The notes: generated from the sequence alone by a model not told the origin. A stretch of 36,384 nt of DNA from Deltaproteobacteria bacterium (GCA_016207775.1 JACQOU010000115.1:1-36384); one strand, 5' to 3'. Numbered from the stretch's first letter, positions 19,201 through 26,624 are shown. Numbers and translations: made by a program.

Positions 19201-21905
19201 TGACCGCTGAACAGGCAAAAAGGGTCAGTGCTCGGTTAAGCATTCTGACTACGCAGAGACTTTGCTGGTGCCCGCGACTGACCCAACTGGAAATCGAAGA
19301 GCTCTTTGGTACCCATGTGGGCTCCGTGGGTTTGCCTTGGTGGGCGGTTCCGTTTGATTACTTATCAGCAGGATTTGTCGGACGATTTGTGAGTGGTGCA
19401 GCCGATCTTGCGGCCATCGAGAAAATGGTTCAAGCCCTGCACGCAGCGCAAAGAGCCCGAGCCGTGGCCTTTATTGATTTTTGGACGGAGGAAGTTTTCC
19501 CCTGGTTAGACAAAGTCATTTCCGAACTGAATAAAGACCGACCTCAGCATTTGCAAATCAGCCGACACGATATCATCGCATGGATGCTGGGCCGAAGAGT
19601 GAGAAAACTCGAAGGTATTGCACTCTTTGATCTGAGGACGAGTCGCGATGGGTATTTGCTTGCGGAAGAAGGCAGACTTGCTGAGTCTGGATATGCGGCT
19701 GGGTATGAAGGAGCTCCGGTTGCTTTTGAGGGGGAGGGAGTGGTCTCGGGTGATATCCTTCGGCGTGCCCGTTTGATTTCTCACATGAACGATTTAAGAA
19801 AAACCGTCAATCTCGGGCGTTGGAATGTGGATGATGCGCTGATTGATGCAATCGATAGTTGCAATTTCCGAGCGCTTCTTAATCGAAAAGAAATTTCCAT
19901 GGCCCGCCCGCTCCACAAGCGTGAAGTTGAAAAGTTTGATGAGGCGGAAGCGGGTGTGGATGAAGGACCAGCAGCACCGACTGAGCCTGAGCCATCTGCT
20001 CCAAGAGAGCGTGTCAGGCTGAGTGATGAAAACCCGTTATCCAGAGCAAATATTGAGTTGGATTTACCTGTTCGTCATGAAGGCATTCCGATCCGCTATG
20101 AGCGGGTGGTCGAGCTCGCTTACGACGATGTTCCATTTGAAGCATTTGAATATCAGACGGGGGTGCTAGAAGTCGCAGGAAAATTAGATTCCGAACAGCG
20201 GCTCGCGAGGCTCATTGCTGGAGCGGTCAAAGAGTCGAGAGAAAGAATTAGCAGGTGGGCATATACGAGGAGTTGGGGTGCGGAGTTTCATCGAGATGTT
20301 CAAGTGTTCATCTCTCGAGTTGATTTAGTATCAAGCCGCGTGACACTCCATCGCGCATGCGGTTTGTACGGATTGCCTGCAGATACTGAACTGTTTGCTA
20401 AAGGGACTCTTAAAAACATTGACGAATTGCGTGCCGTACTTGGCTTAGCTCCGGATGCCCCAGCGGATATTTGTTTGGCAAGGATCAAAGAACTTCGCAT
20501 TCACCTTAACGAAGTGCTTGAAATTCAGCAGCGGTGGAAGAAATTGTCTTTTACCCATTATGACAAGCCTGTAGAGGAAACTGCTCGACAATTGCATCAA
20601 GGACTAGCTCGATTGGATCAGGCCGAGCGAGTGCTCAGGCCAATAGCCACTCCGTCCGGGACCGTTTCGACCGGTGAACTTGCTCTAGGTCCAAAACCAG
20701 GTCCGGCGCCTGGCGCAGGCCCTGCTGCTGGTGAACTGCGTAAGCCCTCGCCTGCAAAAAAAGCAGCTGGGCCGCCGTCTGGTGCTGCAGCGGTGCAACC
20801 CATCACCGATCCAAGCAGGCTGTTAACGTATTCAGGCGTGCGCGAAGCCGAACCCTTCGTACACGCATTGAGGTTACACAATAAGCAAGTGTTCCTGGAA
20901 ATCGCTGAAGCGCTCGGTCCGAGTGAAGAGTCGGTGCAAGTTATTTTAAGGGTTCTTGAGAAAATGTTTGGACAGATAGATTCAGTACGTTCGGCCGAGC
21001 TGGCGTTAGTTGAGGAACTTGCCCAGCCACAAACCCTGTTCGGGGCTCAGCATGTTGCAAGGCTTAGACTTCTCCGACTTGCTCGCATTTATGAAGCGGA
21101 TAGGGCCCTTGCTTCTTGCGGAGTGGATTCGGGTATTCGAGCCGAGATTCTGGCTTCGCGCCTCAGGCTTGTGGATCAGACGCCGAGGTGTTGGATGAGT
21201 GAATCGGGTGCGCGACATTACATCCAGACGCTTGCAAGACAGCATTTTATCAGTTTAGAAGACGACTTTTTAATCAGTGCTTCTCCAATATGGAAAAGTA
21301 GTGCAGGGATCGCAAAGCTTGAAGATGCGCTCCAAAACGCAAAGACGGTGGCGAAAAAGGGTTTGCCTCCGTTGAAGATGCGCGTGCAACTGTTTGAACA
21401 AGCAGTACAAGCAACAAAAGTGCGGGGTTCGTTTAAGCCTGCTTGGCTCGAACAGGATCTCGAGGTGCTGGGAATAGAAGGACCTATTTCAGGTTCCGCG
21501 TTCGGTCTTACCTCCGAAGAGTGGCTTGCCCTTCTTCGTAACCGCGGTCTTATTGAAAACGCAGAAGGCCTTCGCGCTCTTCAAAGGATGGCGTGGGGAA
21601 ATGCGTTTGTGCAGCAAGGGGGTTCAGCCCAACTTGCTCAATTTTTCCAGTTCAATCTGCGTGTGCTTGGCTCCCCTGGAGTGCCCGAGCTTGTGTTGGA
21701 AACAAACGAACAAATCGTTCAGGCCCTGCGAGTTAGTGCTGAAATTTCATCGCGGATTAAAGACATCAGAATGCCCAACGCAGACATGTCCGCTTTGTTC
21801 CAACTCCAACGTGCCGAACAGCGCTTGATACGAGCCCTCGAGCCGCATGCCTCACGCCTTGAACAAGCCGGAATTGAGCTTCCGAAGCTGACTATCATCA
21901 AATAG
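10215..21905 (+). CDS. Giant 3,896-aa orphan protein (signal-peptide-like N-terminus, modular, internal hydrophobic helix cluster)
   Basis: Uninterrupted 11,691-nt reading frame. Candidate starts are TTG 10215, ATG 10218 and GTG 10248; the last is preceded by GGTGGGGA and gives MYRGLIIYLCVWLAFPPQVWVMA|AQP. There are five low-complexity linkers and hydrophobic segments at aa ~2631-2757. No recognisable enzymatic or adhesin repeat motifs. Confidence 0.85.
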   Translation: MMILGKLGGDTVYRGLIIYLCVWLAFPPQVWVMAAQPSNNNPAPRQAMNSEAADSAASEESEDEEIDEDGLDPKSPQTPIWLSTDGRWYSSTKGKNAEEYRKLYEQNNGNPGPLQLQDFGLIRFEGTHTAGKGWSGKWVDVVTGKEAFIPPSLPKPQPKPKPATIDPDAILKTPQYIEKRKEDRAKTRKQLELASWRVSYFVRKLIPKILDLYTVENYTTILPYSRCPSPVAVPEDLSEMQAERLLKLLSDSLTSAQTQLAHFFETYKAEIGQVPYVLLDEEEHAQLDVLEGPNGTRCQPLIWGQRFAQLDEPEKTQTFNRTNPLMLTFFYALSGNPDGPITDIEIGKYVHWVQTLRNFYRLIAKYLWVKKSTAQISSPPDFEVQPEAGEKLAHQMSPQTTAGKIFAGQELNQEEGRFDRCAGRKTFCFFDPKRQKRMDQLEEVVLTLQIPRPKEEGAHNHGLRLAAEIDFVTIPLVTELFIINKFLPPEKQLFPPDGRQGPTVSDKALELYRTFMRAEKREWWAQVFAQAVLAVVQRWQQTGNEPTPVSPEYFQAAQTLALSTLSALLGEPQALADLLIDAADSKSKTPLDDLSLRHKLLKVRLQMQQLPFSRWVTEESGASGQTNFSSVRIEQLPLWAALVVDGLKNVSGSENIRRVLEQLLLDEEFDTHSKALLAYIVSFFGEENLPYKQLIEVWNRKLKKRWEQVINSHKTELNKAAASITDQICAHHPALCDQDELDKHFDSGQQAQQLTYAYAEKASSVARDAWRADHAQRHMQGLVNWEDHWLWSFFPDNGIFSYGPGSWNVHHAYTKAYESERARSLDKGSPKQVHGVMPAVNPWFLIDDGEGHGYGYSFDVPDASTKPGYHEMKGAIAAIADRNVERLASEMKLWFREKVKDTAEVTDEDLKRYFPDIPSFKVLALMVIRRFHATLEATEQSGRSEVAADFEKAFKPLHEWLENRTTAGRQYAFAAESFAKRLYDQYLWSPLEKHHVENSQASKKVVEESLSTLLQYEVFLDTSLPVDFLIARYGLARQTEEFAGSIRTLGADVVRANFLDAKTGMEESKRCDLEEWVSKARASLEDSKIRALYQWRFSTLTERTVENLLSTYSKDSPPPFDGEKKPASKKPAPKTASGNVPAKPQEQSPKAANGVSSQADASAAASVPPGRNPFELEIDNLLEVWIGAPWVGEDKEARAKSRTALIGWLRQVFGSYQSEKAKVSPAEYVFYLRSQIASNAPEKFGIWNVAISAKFQAIEAALRSKDPKAPEQLAKLMGTIFREFELLQGDKILRDRIADTLFVRALPQLILPSFTVFSTELGRKMAAVKRAKEDPIKVAEAAEKQLAAHEGALTSVTDPQARKELQTRIAHFRTMRSLARAQQKEWVVLKRMLENTPVQAARESIVALSKDKKDYRAAFENYLKDQFWDTPLDATGSAFEAAMTPRQILDDLNELGQYVRGYLPVDGEIAKQFLHELGAYCESGESPVAAAAFQKSFESAINKDELPTVLRSPMPSGPLSKLEKPKNQPETEPETESGDESATESAKQGAQQSSVPRPQYSEDDSKRFERIDAFIKKHKVGSAKDFCAVLKKESVAVLSRIEKEMKEQGHVGQSAKDYWELVCIASDVFFRANRKFAPLVDSKSKVHWFSHAPIAHLGGGKEVFQGIKGFKTQETVLAALASVVTKPELTHEKLKFLVSWSYGASEYILPKEPAQWTALLGQANKLQFFPQKANPEVIAALTKQGLVGISLKINDPDVEDKFMAAFQPLVASKVLDAEKAEDFRAWLVAQTPNIDADLPKSADLPTRLKGRTLPKEEVAKITEQYVQDRLQWLNGLTREQRLGLFVSLDRYFISRFFMNVPQGSIELVDEGPLRARFASYDEWLLAMKLRLELYDAMKQSLGIMPDAMKQSLGIMPDAMKQSLGIMPLESLGIHNLSSELFELMVPYTPYRYQGGQLWLPTVGQARPSIDRSRKEFMSAPLLQKRRVIDRIARLFKAEVEVGVQPFKEIWNAPSADMEMGQPLILGWPQDKALAIYTRYFAPKNADSQGVSIEEWISYCSERKKEGLRCGAVPSNEFKPGWGMGEKTDQAALFNIWFEALANSPWTHSIFAANQLKKPSSIASPHLWEVFDSLDQFKKSKDYGQLIGLLRTMDANAGLTITPETWQRLMLSLSHDRLHHAKEPQLEVGGKLSDEHFAFFMQKLVDGIGINVKDFHGYLETLHGRDRPEDWLNMAQFRWHALVGIPQWMFLQTRVSAPYCVSTSSWESDYNERPVPIVSQEEFSKFRPSSLSLEQYIERVLDPSLNERNRVLTEDTEGVPLYYKLMAIENRMASLEDWAAGVPDRRDTFAKFAHRWSEYDFVGVDTSTKQFELLKQQIRQKLRATQIELPDEKLINAIKNWERLARIRNLINEANFRLPVENFRATQWGRGQEIPLWEKSVVEQMQAMVWEWCRQNGIPKESWPNISALVAKHTEGVGNRGIRRNILCAICHYEVMRLHQQRVWAISPGSDDPNKPNPLAQAHRATGEAITLAQQATVINDTQQNQVAFNIIQHLIKLNQVRGKLSTISTDAQLFEARDLIWQAHLAVMDNILKELRKWSPEGANDRTFGLLERMVNEQKQREDFWKKAYTYSNYFLFFALAATLFGQSLLLLEKIASLAPTITRFAPSAYANLIGATFVYAQYHQHGMRQQAMAENEELHEVFATIFKGDTPLITQESGFLLEMDRRQLLAEGRSRWTWGFNALAMLSFAGLTVRGMKALGGFSAKSLLPRLVKWQTHRQWKWTRGGKALGLNVKDRAFAVSRDNLSAAIGADAGVIDSAGTRTVGRLESTFQGRLGERLGPAIDSGFAMPPTLRVGARVDAELKSTRVLLGKRVDGVGAAESASGTLQERRWFVDIPRRLWLWAKGKHRKTVTELSSRENFLYGVAQKLEGHNQQLKPFVEQTESLLKTELGLSGRNLDRVLARIDRFIAEKLRLGVSTVSEAEIEKFLVDEFKLTAEQAKRVSARLSILTTQRLCWCPRLTQLEIEELFGTHVGSVGLPWWAVPFDYLSAGFVGRFVSGAADLAAIEKMVQALHAAQRARAVAFIDFWTEEVFPWLDKVISELNKDRPQHLQISRHDIIAWMLGRRVRKLEGIALFDLRTSRDGYLLAEEGRLAESGYAAGYEGAPVAFEGEGVVSGDILRRARLISHMNDLRKTVNLGRWNVDDALIDAIDSCNFRALLNRKEISMARPLHKREVEKFDEAEAGVDEGPAAPTEPEPSAPRERVRLSDENPLSRANIELDLPVRHEGIPIRYERVVELAYDDVPFEAFEYQTGVLEVAGKLDSEQRLARLIAGAVKESRERISRWAYTRSWGAEFHRDVQVFISRVDLVSSRVTLHRACGLYGLPADTELFAKGTLKNIDELRAVLGLAPDAPADICLARIKELRIHLNEVLEIQQRWKKLSFTHYDKPVEETARQLHQGLARLDQAERVLRPIATPSGTVSTGELALGPKPGPAPGAGPAAGELRKPSPAKKAAGPPSGAAAVQPITDPSRLLTYSGVREAEPFVHALRLHNKQVFLEIAEALGPSEESVQVILRVLEKMFGQIDSVRSAELALVEELAQPQTLFGAQHVARLRLLRLARIYEADRALASCGVDSGIRAEILASRLRLVDQTPRCWMSESGARHYIQTLARQHFISLEDDFLISASPIWKSSAGIAKLEDALQNAKTVAKKGLPPLKMRVQLFEQAVQATKVRGSFKPAWLEQDLEVLGIEGPISGSAFGLTSEEWLALLRNRGLIENAEGLRALQRMAWGNAFVQQGGSAQLAQFFQFNLRVLGSPGVPELVLETNEQIVQALRVSAEISSRIKDIRMPNADMSALFQLQRAEQRLIRALEPHASRLEQAGIELPKLTIIK
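15897..15995 (+). repeat. 3 x 33-bp in-frame tandem repeat (DAMKQSLGIMP x3) inside the giant ORF
   Basis: The copies are at 15897-15929, 15930-15962 and 15963-15995. Copies 2 and 3 each differ from copy 1 by one synonymous change (tcg>tca; ata>atc). A degenerate partial fourth unit (LESLGI) follows at 15996-16013. Confidence 0.97.
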
Positions 21906-21994
21906 CAAATTGAATCGCCGGGCACTTCGTCCTCAAAGGATGGTTACGAATGCCCCGAATTGTAAAAACAACTGCAGTCAAAATTGACTGAATG

Positions 21995-22675
21995 TTACCA
22001 TCTGCGCATTCTCTTCGGATTATATCGATGTTCAACAAAACTGCTCTGTTTTGTAGAGCAACAGACGATAAAAAGAACCCCCGCTATAAATCCCCCCACA
22101 TGTGCTCCAAAAGCAATTTGGGCTTCGCCACCCAAGCCACCCAAAAGTTGCATGATAAACCACAACCCCAGAAAAAAAATTGCTGGGATACGAATGACTT
22201 GAAAGAAAAAACCCAATGTAATCAACGTGCGGATACGGATACGAGGGAAAAGAACCAGGTATCCACCTAAAACGCCTGAGACAGCGCCGCTGGCGCCAAG
22301 GGTTGGGATGTTGGAGCTGTGATTGAGAAATATGTGAGCGAGGCCAGCGACTATTCCTGTGATAAGGTAGAAAAACAAATAGCCAACATGCCCAAGATAT
22401 TCTTCCAGATTGTCGCCAAAAATCCACAAAAACCACATGTTCCCGAGAAGATGAAGCAACCCACCGTGAAGAAACATCGAGCTAAACAAAGGCAGCAGGG
22501 ATGAGGGGATGGAACCGAAGATTTCGGCTGGAATAATTGCATAAGCCATCACGAAGCTTTCTGCCCTCATGCCGATAGAAGCCTCGTAAATGAAAACGAT
22601 GGTATTAATAACAATCAGACCAATCGTTATAAACGGTACACCGTGAGATGGATTTTCGTCGCGCAGAGGAAGCAT
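21995..22675 (-). CDS. Rhomboid-family intramembrane serine protease
   Basis: 226 aa and multi-pass. It has FLHGGLLHLLGNMWFLWIFG (the HxxxN region) and TLGASGAVSGVLGGY (the GxSG catalytic Ser), followed by a distal AHVGGFIAG His helix. Confidence 0.9.
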   Translation of the reverse strand: MLPLRDENPSHGVPFITIGLIVINTIVFIYEASIGMRAESFVMAYAIIPAEIFGSIPSSLLPLFSSMFLHGGLLHLLGNMWFLWIFGDNLEEYLGHVGYLFFYLITGIVAGLAHIFLNHSSNIPTLGASGAVSGVLGGYLVLFPRIRIRTLITLGFFFQVIRIPAIFFLGLWFIMQLLGGLGGEAQIAFGAHVGGFIAGVLFIVCCSTKQSSFVEHRYNPKRMRRW

Positions 22676-22885
22676 TTATATCCTGCCATTATAAGCCAGC
22701 GCTTTTCGCGATTCCAAAAGGATAGTTTCGGATACGACGGATGGCAATTTTACTTTTTGATGGGATGAACAAGCCATGATTGGTGGAGTAGCGCATTTAC
22801 GCATACCGATTGTGCTATTTCTTCCACAAAAGTTTCACATTAATTACACAGACAGATGCTATGCTAACGAAAATATGGGGGGCAC

Positions 22886-25276
22886 GTGCGGGTCGGGATA
22901 ATTGTTTTCTGTTCCCTTTTTGTTCTTAATGCCAATGCCAAAGAGTTCAACTTTCACTATTTCCCTCAGCGACCCGTAGGAAAGTTCCTATACAGCCCAT
23001 CAGGAATTCCGTTAGTTACTGCTCCAGGGGATCAATTACTTCCCAGTATTGCATCTGATGGTGAGAATTATTTTGCCATCTGGGAGGATAGTCGCGCAAA
23101 TCCGATTCGTGCCATTTATGGGGCACTGATAAACGGGCAGGGAGTATTATTGTGTCAGGATATCGTACTGAGCAACCCCGCATTCCAATTTGATCGGAAT
23201 AAGGTGCTTTCAAATGGCCAGAAATATTTAGCCATTTGGGGCGAGATCAATCCCCAGAAAATTGCTGGTACTCTTATTGCTAAAAATGGAACAGTAATCC
23301 GAAAACACATTGAGATAAAGCAAGGGAACGGTGACTATTTCTCCCCTACTGGAACCGTTTTATCTTCGGAATTTATAATCATTTGGGTGGAATATGCGGA
23401 TGGGTTTTACTCGTTGCATGGCACACGAATGAATGGGGAAGGGTTGTTGACCGGCGAACAGACTTTACTGCCGCCTCGTCGGGAGCCGATTCGTTCCGTC
23501 CAGATTGCAACCAATGGCAATACGTTCTTAGTGGTATGGGATCAAAATGATGGAAACCTTGGCGGAGCGCTGTTCTCTGCAGATCTATCACCTCTTAACA
23601 CATCCCTCATCTTAACAAATCAGATTCGTAACCGTGATCCCAATGTCGTATGGGGTGGGAAGCACTACCTTGTGGTCTGGGAAAGTGATCGTAGGGAGGA
23701 ATCAGATATATACGGTGTACGAGTCACCCCCGATGGTCAGGTTATCGATCTTGAGAATCTTCCCATATCCATTGCGGAAGGACCCCAGTCACAGCCACAG
23801 ATTGTGTGGGCCAATAACACGTATATGGTTATTTGGAGAGATGACCGTAATCGGAAAGACAGTACGGAACCTGGTACCGAATCACATATTTTTGGGACTC
23901 AGGTGTCTGCGGACGGATCTGTTGAGGGGGACTTTCCAATCACGGAAAAAATTCCCCATACGATATCTTACAGTTATGACTACCCTGCGATTTCCTGGAA
24001 TGGCTCAAAGTTTATGCTCGCTTGGACGACCAATAACGCAGATAAGCCGAACGGTTTAGATATATCCGCGATAGTGGCAAGCCATCTTGGGCGATCCAAG
24101 AAAGGAAACCTTACAGTAGAGAAAAAGGGAACAAAGCTCCCACGCCAAGCAGTTTTTGCAATCACGCGTGGAAATGGTGAGCAATTTTTCCCAGCTGTTG
24201 CTTCGGATGGCATGGAATTTCTTGTCGTTTATAAAGATAATCGCCATCCCCAAGGGGGTTTACATGAGGATATTTACGGAACTACCGTTGATGATTGGGG
24301 GCGGGTGAAAGATCCCTGGATTCCAATCGCCACAAACAAGGGTGGGCAAGATGCTCCTGTCATTCGCGGCAACGACAACCGCTATCTCGCTGCTTGGATC
24401 GATAAAGATGCCAATGCCTTAAAAGGCGCACTGATGAATCGTAAGGGAGTCATACTGAAACCAGTAGACCTTGTAACCGGAAGGACGGTTTATTCGTTTG
24501 ATATTACTCAGGTTGGCAATCGTTTTGTGGTCATATGGTTCGAGCGTGACGGAGAATTGATGACTGCATCCGTGGACAACGAGGGTAACGTGATTCAACT
24601 ACCACCACTGCTTGTTCCCGCAATGACCAGGAGCAATGGTATCAGGATAGCAACGCAAGGACGGAGTCTGTTAGTAGTATGGGAAAGTAGCAGAAAAATC
24701 TTTGGCCTTTTGTTAAGCTCGGCATTTGAGGTAAAAAAGGATTCGTTTGTAATATCAAATAACGACAATATGGCATTACACCCTGCAGTCGCGGGTGGAA
24801 AAAACGGGTTTTTGGTGGCATGGCAACAGAGTAGTGATGTAACGAGTGTGGCCGGTAAACTGCTTTCTGAAAATGGCGAGGCCTCCCAGAGTTTTATTAT
24901 TGCAACGGGCACTTACAATGAGATCTACCACGATTTTCCAGACGTCATATGGACCCAATCCAATTATTTAGTTACATGGGCCACATTTACATACGGATTT
25001 GATTCACGAGATAAGGAAAGCACTTATATTTTTGCCGCACATGTTCTGCCTGGTGGTCCCACTGACGCCGGGGTTTTGGTAACAAACGCTTTCAATGTTT
25101 CAGGTCAATCTCCCTTGACCCAAAAGCTCGAAAACAACCACCCTCGCGCTTCCTTCAGCGGCTCTCAAGCTTTGATTGTCTGGCAAGGTCTGGCAGACAG
25201 GAGAAACGAGTATAATATTTTCGGGTTTCTCTACCGGCCAGATAAAAAAGTTTGGCGTATCAATGTTCCTTATTGA
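22886..25276 (+). CDS. Secreted protein built from ~14 tandem ~50-aa '[FY]LVVW' repeats (probable beta-propeller-type fold), family unknown
   Basis: GTG start followed by signal peptide MRVGIIVFCSLFVLNANA|KEF. Recurrent units are YFAIWED, YLAIWGE, FIIIWVE, FLVVWDQ, YLVVWESDRR..DIYG, YMVIWRDDRN, FMLAWTT, FLVVYKDNRH..DIYG, YLAAWIDKD, FVVIWFERD, LLVVWESS, FLVAWQQ, YLVTWAT and ALIVWQG. Confidence 0.8.
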   Translation: MRVGIIVFCSLFVLNANAKEFNFHYFPQRPVGKFLYSPSGIPLVTAPGDQLLPSIASDGENYFAIWEDSRANPIRAIYGALINGQGVLLCQDIVLSNPAFQFDRNKVLSNGQKYLAIWGEINPQKIAGTLIAKNGTVIRKHIEIKQGNGDYFSPTGTVLSSEFIIIWVEYADGFYSLHGTRMNGEGLLTGEQTLLPPRREPIRSVQIATNGNTFLVVWDQNDGNLGGALFSADLSPLNTSLILTNQIRNRDPNVVWGGKHYLVVWESDRREESDIYGVRVTPDGQVIDLENLPISIAEGPQSQPQIVWANNTYMVIWRDDRNRKDSTEPGTESHIFGTQVSADGSVEGDFPITEKIPHTISYSYDYPAISWNGSKFMLAWTTNNADKPNGLDISAIVASHLGRSKKGNLTVEKKGTKLPRQAVFAITRGNGEQFFPAVASDGMEFLVVYKDNRHPQGGLHEDIYGTTVDDWGRVKDPWIPIATNKGGQDAPVIRGNDNRYLAAWIDKDANALKGALMNRKGVILKPVDLVTGRTVYSFDITQVGNRFVVIWFERDGELMTASVDNEGNVIQLPPLLVPAMTRSNGIRIATQGRSLLVVWESSRKIFGLLLSSAFEVKKDSFVISNNDNMALHPAVAGGKNGFLVAWQQSSDVTSVAGKLLSENGEASQSFIIATGTYNEIYHDFPDVIWTQSNYLVTWATFTYGFDSRDKESTYIFAAHVLPGGPTDAGVLVTNAFNVSGQSPLTQKLENNHPRASFSGSQALIVWQGLADRRNEYNIFGFLYRPDKKVWRINVPY

Positions 25277-25471
25277 ATCCCCGTCCCATGTGTTGGGCGC
25301 CAGATCCAAAAGATATGCAATGTCCCGCGGGAAAGTGCTGGTGGAGCGGTCAGTTTTTCTGCACCGTTAAGGTCTATTACCCCTTCACCACGGACTTTTT
25401 TCACCCTCAGTGAAAAATGCTCGCTATTATTTTTGACTGTGGTAGAAATTACTAATAAGAGCCCACTATTT

Positions 25472-26596
25472 ATGAACTTCACAAGACGATATCTAACCGA
25501 CCAAGTTATCGCCGATTTAAGCCGAAAAATGGTCTTCTTGGGTGGGCCCCGTCAAGTTGGTAAGACAACCTTGTCGAAACAGATTGCGCCCCTTGAAGAC
25601 TATGATTATCTCAACTGGGATGCAGACGATGATAGAGACAGGATTCTTCGAAAGGAGTTTTCGAGCAAGTCTCTTTGGATTTTCGACGAATTGCATAAGT
25701 ACCGGTTATGGAGGCGTTATCTCAAGGGATTGTATGACAAGAGGTCTTCCGGACAGAAGATTCTCGTAACCGGAAGCGCCCGACTTGACTACTATCGATT
25801 TGGCGGAGACTCCCTCCAGGGACGGTACCACTACCTGCGACTGCATCCACTTTCGGTGGCAGAATTAAACAGCGGTGAATCCGCTGATGTAGCAGCGGAT
25901 CTGATGAAGCTTGGCGGATTTCCTGAACCTTTTTTCTCCGGATCAGAAACAGAGCTCAAGCGATGGACAATCGAAAATCGTACGCGCCTTGTGCGTCAGG
26001 ATTTGATCGATCTTGAGAAAGTAAGTGATGTGGGGCGACTTGAGTTGCTGATGTTACGTCTCCCTGAATTGGTAGGGTCACCGCTCTCAGTGAACAGCTT
26101 GCGTGAGAACCTAGAAGTATCGCACAAGACCCTCTCCCACTGGCTCGATATACTTGAGAGACTCTATGCGATATTTCGTATAGCACCTTTCGGCGCTGAT
26201 CGTATCAGAGCAGTAAAAAAAGCGCGCAAGCATTACCATATGAATTGGACAGTAGTAAAAGCCGAGGGACCCCGCTTTGAAAATCTTGTGGCAAGTCATC
26301 TTCTCAAATGGGTGCACTATCAAGAAGACTGTTTTGGAAAAGAGTGGGAGCTCCGTTACTTTCGCGACGTCGACCTGCGCGAAGTTGATTTCGTCATCAC
26401 TGAAGAAAACAAACCCATTCTAATGGTCGAAGCCAAATTGGAGGACAGTCCCGTTACCGAGGGTCTTAAGTATCTTAAGACTCGATTTCGAAATGCTGAC
26501 GCATATCAGATTAGCCTCAAGGGCAATAAAGATTATGTGACAGCCGACGGAATTCGCGTCTGTCCCGCCACGGCTTTTCTTCGGACATTGGTATGA
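25472..26596 (+). CDS. AAA-family ATPase with C-terminal DUF4143-like domain
   Basis: Walker A is GGPRQVGKTT and a Walker B-like segment is LWIFDELH. The length and layout are typical of the 'ATP-binding protein, DUF4143' family. The first ATG (25472) is preferred to the track's TTG at 25433. Confidence 0.75.
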   Translation: MNFTRRYLTDQVIADLSRKMVFLGGPRQVGKTTLSKQIAPLEDYDYLNWDADDDRDRILRKEFSSKSLWIFDELHKYRLWRRYLKGLYDKRSSGQKILVTGSARLDYYRFGGDSLQGRYHYLRLHPLSVAELNSGESADVAADLMKLGGFPEPFFSGSETELKRWTIENRTRLVRQDLIDLEKVSDVGRLELLMLRLPELVGSPLSVNSLRENLEVSHKTLSHWLDILERLYAIFRIAPFGADRIRAVKKARKHYHMNWTVVKAEGPRFENLVASHLLKWVHYQEDCFGKEWELRYFRDVDLREVDFVITEENKPILMVEAKLEDSPVTEGLKYLKTRFRNADAYQISLKGNKDYVTADGIRVCPATAFLRTLV

Positions 26597-26624
26597 TCCC
26601 GACAATTTATTCACCAGTGGCAGA

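Noticed and set aside
10268-21925. Dozens of 60-155-aa ORFs in other frames and on the other strand inside the giant gene (e.g. 10268-10678, 15369-15800, 16186-16650, 18551-18955)
   Set aside because: All are nested in a single long open frame and have low-complexity or Arg/Ser/Cys-rich translations. None has a ribosome-binding context that I could see. I treat them as shadow ORFs.
21975-21990. CAGTCA-AAAT-TGACTG hairpin between the giant ORF and the rhomboid gene. A similar TACCAG-N13-CTGGTA lies at 32563-32587, and CGCGCC...GGCGCG lies at 1407-1450
   Set aside because: These are 6-bp stems without adjacent T-tracts, and the last two have large loops. Such structures are expected by chance and are too weak to annotate as intrinsic terminators.
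25397-25417. TTTTTCAC-CCTCA-GTGAAAAA inverted repeat between the repeat-protein gene and the DUF4143 ATPase gene
   Set aside because: The stem is almost entirely A-T. Several 8-bp inverted repeats with short loops are expected by chance in a window this size. It is not convincing as a terminator or an operator.
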